DNA of 50,789 nt, from positions 1 through 50,789 of the forward strand of contig JAKBES010000002.1 in NCBI GenBank assembly GCA_021833665.1, written 5' to 3'. Shown here in pieces: positions 48,810 through 50,789 of the stretch. The notes below the pieces were generated by a model, which was given only the letters and a program-made list of their open reading frames with translations, did no database searches and was not told where the DNA came from. The position numbers and the translations under genes were made by a program. This DNA comes from Acidobacteriota bacterium (GTDB lineage Bacteria; Acidobacteriota; UBA4820; DSQY01). Each line of letters opens with the position of its first letter. Position 1 is the first letter of the stretch.

Positions 48810-49102
48810 GCCGCACCCCCTTCCCGGCGGCACACCACCAGGTCGCGCACGCTCGGGTAGGTCGCATGGCAGCGGCGCGGCCCCACGGCCACCCACTGCC
48901 CCTCCACCTGGCGCACCTCCTCCACCAGCACGGACCAGTTCCCGCCGCACCAGCGGAACTCGATCACGCGGTCGTAGCTGCGCCAGTAGTCCAGGTAAAC
49001 GATGTTCCCCGGCGTGAAGTAATCCCGCAGGAACTCCTCACGGATGGCCGAATTGCAGAGCGGGAGCACCTGCAGCTTGCGCACGGCGGTGGGGGTCAGC
49101 AT
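48806..49102 (-). CDS. hypothetical protein, 98 aa
   Basis: Coupled ORF with a globular-looking composition. Confidence 0.5.
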   Translation of the reverse strand: MLTPTAVRKLQVLPLCNSAIREEFLRDYFTPGNIVYLDYWRSYDRVIEFRWCGGNWSVLVEEVRQVEGQWVAVGPRRCHATYPSVRDLVVCRREGGAA

Positions 49103-49473
49103 GAGGCACCCCCTTCAGCCTTGGCGATGGCGGCACGGGCCCGTTCCACATCGGTGTCCAACTCGCACTCGGTCACGCCATCTGGTAGCGGCGCACCGCA
49201 GAGGCAGATGTGATCCCGAGGCTCCAGCACCACGATCAACTCGTCGCACAGGGCCCCGAAGGTGCAACCCGTGGCGTATCCCGGGCCCGGGTAGGGGCTG
49301 TCCTCGCTCTCCACGTGGTCGCAGGTGAAGCACTGCCTTGGCTGGTTCCCAGTGTTCCCGTGCGGGTCGAATGTGTTGGCCGTGACCTTCCAGGTCATGC
49401 CGTGTCGCCGGATCAACATGCCAGGCTTCAACCCACTGGCCTGGATTCTCTTGATCTCGTTGGTGTTGGACAT
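49096..49473 (-). CDS. hypothetical Cys-rich protein, 125 aa (first gene of the second leftward operon)
   Basis: AAGGAGA lies 8 nt before ATG 49473. The sequence upstream of the ATG is AT-rich and non-coding. Confidence 0.55.
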   Translation of the reverse strand: MSNTNEIKRIQASGLKPGMLIRRHGMTWKVTANTFDPHGNTGNQPRQCFTCDHVESEDSPYPGPGYATGCTFGALCDELIVVLEPRDHICLCGAPLPDGVTECELDTDVERARAAIAKAEGGASC

Positions 49474-49753
49474 CTCGGTGTCTCCTTGGCAGGTGGGTCT
49501 CCGCCCACTCCTGGCTACCAAGGTAAGCACACGCATACCGAGTTGCAAGGGCCGTGTGAAACTTTTTTGAAAACGTGAACCCTCCAGGCTCCTCCCCATC
49601 TCACGGTTTTATGGCCCAGAGATTTCCAGAGTCCCCTGTGTAAGCAAATAATAAGATAATATATTCAATAAAGTTTCTTATATATCTATCTTCTCTCTCT
49701 TCAGTGGAGAACCCAGTTCTCCCTCTCCTGGCTCCATTCCGAATGTTTCCGCT

Positions 49754-49786
49754 GGAATCACCCCGGAATCACCCCGGGATCACCCA
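49754..49786. repeat. three tandem 11-bp repeats (GGAATCACCCC x2, GGGATCACCCA), iteron-like
   Basis: Read directly in ORF-free DNA. Confidence 0.8.
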
Positions 49787-49912
49787 ACCGTTCCCTGGCC
49801 CAATCCCTTAACTGCTTTCCATGGGCTAGATCCAGCCTCGGGTCTTTTCATGGAGGTTGAGGAGGGACGCATTTGTCAGCCGATCCGCCGATTCTGACTG
49901 AAAACTTTCGCC

Positions 49913-49940
49913 AACCTTACATGAACCTTACATGCCTTCA
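49913..49940. repeat. about 2.5 tandem 11-bp repeats (AACCTTACATG x2 plus CCTTCA)
   Basis: Read directly in ORF-free DNA. Confidence 0.8.
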
Positions 49941-50020
49941 GATTGTGGAAAACGTGTAAGAAAAGTTTACGGCCCTCAATCGCTCAGAAATAGCCCTAGA
50001 AGCGACGGAAGGGGTCCGGG

Positions 50021-50054
50021 GCCACTACCACACTCCCGGACCCCGGTTGTTTCG
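50021..50054 (+). repeat. perfect 10-bp inverted repeat GGGGTCCGGG-N14-CCCGGACCCC
   Basis: Read directly. It is followed by GGTTGTTTCG, a weak T-tract, and shares the CGGACCCC core with the 35-kb elements. Confidence 0.7.
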
Positions 50055-50139
50055 ACCCTCCATGCCCCTGGCGCGACCCGGGCCGGTCCCAGGTCATGGG
50101 CTGGACCCGAGGCGACCTGGTGGCCCCCATAGCCCCTCT

Positions 50140-50171
50140 CGGAGGCAACCCTCGGAGGCACTGTGGAGGCA
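50140..50171 (+). promoter_or_regulatory. three direct (C/T)GGAGGCA octamers at 13- and 11-bp spacing
   Basis: CGGAGGCA at 50140 and 50153, TGGAGGCA at 50164. This is the same motif as the att-flanking array. Confidence 0.45.
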
Positions 50172-50528
50172 ATCCAGGGCCGCAATCGGGCAGAATGGCG
50201 GATTCACTGGGTTTCGCGCATGCCCACCATCTGATTAGGTATCAGATTTGGACGATTCTGACTTTTTTGCCCACCCCAAGGCAGCCGGCCTAGGGATGCC
50301 AGGGCAGCGATGAGGGTGATGTGTGAGGCCGTGGGGACAGCCAGGCGGAAGGCTGGGCATGGCCGGCGCGGGCCGGGTGAGGCGCCCGGGTGGGGTCAAA
50401 GGAGTCGGCCGCGGGCACCCCCCCCTATGTGGGACCAGGCCCCCCGCCCGTTTTGAATTTTATGATCCCCTTCCCTATACGAGCGATTCAAAAAATCCGA
50501 GGGTGAATAGCGAGGGGGGTGATGAAGC

Positions 50529-50546
50529 GGCACCCGAGAGGGTGCC
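50529..50546 (+). terminator. hairpin GGCACCC-GAGA-GGGTGCC followed by AATGCTTTT (terminator candidate)
   Basis: 7-bp stem and tetraloop, with a T4 run 5 nt downstream. Confidence 0.4.
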
Positions 50547-50558
50547 AATGCTTTTACT

Positions 50559-50583
50559 CCTTTCCCTTTCCCTTTCCCTTTCC
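50559..50583. repeat. hexamer microsatellite (CTTTCC) x4
   Basis: cctttccctttccctttccctttcc, read directly. Confidence 0.85.
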
Positions 50584-50630
50584 AGAACGCCCCTGTGATT
50601 TCCAGATGTTTTCCATGGGAAGCAACATGG

Positions 50631-50647
50631 TGTTTCCATTGGAAACA
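50631..50647. promoter_or_regulatory. perfect 8-bp-arm palindrome TGTTTCCA-t-TGGAAACA (operator-like) within an AT-rich stretch carrying three GAAACATT direct repeats
   Basis: Read directly. (G/A)AAACATT occurs at 50642, 50663 and 50676, and a related CCATGG-centred near-palindrome lies at about 50611-50621. Confidence 0.55.
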
Positions 50648-50789
50648 TTTATTAACACCCGTGAAACATTATTGAAAAACATTGTTGATAAACTTGCGTT
50701 TTTGGGGTGGACTTTGGGATTTTAAGCATGATGATTTGGGATAACTCAAGGGGGCACAGGGCTCCCTAATTGCAAGAGGAGGTGTAGAG

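Noticed and set aside
50229-50247. Anticodon-arm-like hairpin ATCTGA-TTAGGTA-TCAGAT resembling the tRNA fragment's CTGATTACGAATCAG
   Set aside because: No T-arm or acceptor sequences lie on either side, and the loop has a pyrimidine at position 37 and an improbable anticodon. It is probably just a small hairpin.
49754-50583. CRISPR array among the short direct repeats
   Set aside because: The repeats are 6-11 bp, directly abutting, and have no spacers. No cas genes occur anywhere in the window.
50519-50725. 68-aa + strand ORF (MMKRHPRGCQCFYSFPFPFPFPERP...) with GAGGGGGG upstream
   Set aside because: It spans the terminator-like hairpin, the hexamer microsatellite and the palindromic operator-like sites, so the open frame is more likely incidental. 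It is left unannotated but not excluded.

Overview
The whole 50.8-kb window reads as a high-GC temperate phage or prophage segment, with a podovirus-like layout. I saw no host housekeeping genes, rRNA, CRISPR array, complete tRNA, terminase, portal or capsid gene. All family calls rest on motifs I recognise by eye; I ran no searches.

Layout, left to right:
1. 1-20.5 kb (+): virion module. It holds a large structural protein, a collagen-like tail fibre with a low-GC discoidin-type tip, a GNAT acetyltransferase, two Gln-rich internal-virion-like proteins, and one 3,556-aa ORF carrying zeta-kinase-like, N6-adenine methyltransferase and Strawberry-notch-type helicase motifs.
2. 20.56-22.5 kb (+): lysis cassette, consisting of a holin-like gene, an M15 peptidase endolysin, a second holin-like gene, an atypical spanin-like gene and a K/P-rich micro-ORF, followed by a terminator.
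3. 22.6-24.7 kb (-): an inverted DUF927-type helicase gene.
4. 24.9-32.1 kb (+): recombination and replication operon with YqaJ exonuclease, a putative annealing protein, RusA, a replisome organiser, DnaB, several HTH proteins and an HslV-like Ntn hydrolase.
5. 32.0-33.9 kb: att region, containing the 3' 50 nt of a tRNA-Thr-like gene, nine TGGAGGCA octamers and a P4-type tyrosine integrase.
6. 44.15 down to 33.8 kb (-): a roughly 30-gene translationally coupled early operon. It includes a Cro-like protein, an SMC-like ATPase, a DUF2829/Tad2-like protein, DUF3310 and Gp37/Gp68 proteins, plus three structured palindromic repeats.
7. 44.2-45.5 kb: immunity switch (CI-like and RHH proteins).
8. 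45.6-49.5 kb: a Bro-N antirepressor, a low-GC membrane-protein moron and a second leftward operon.
9. 49.6-50.8 kb: an ORF-poor, repeat-rich regulatory region.

The most unusual signal is in the giant polyvalent ORF. At two domain junctions, native codon usage switches to complete +1-frame ORFs (87 and 140 aa), while the giant frame there is out-of-usage low complexity.
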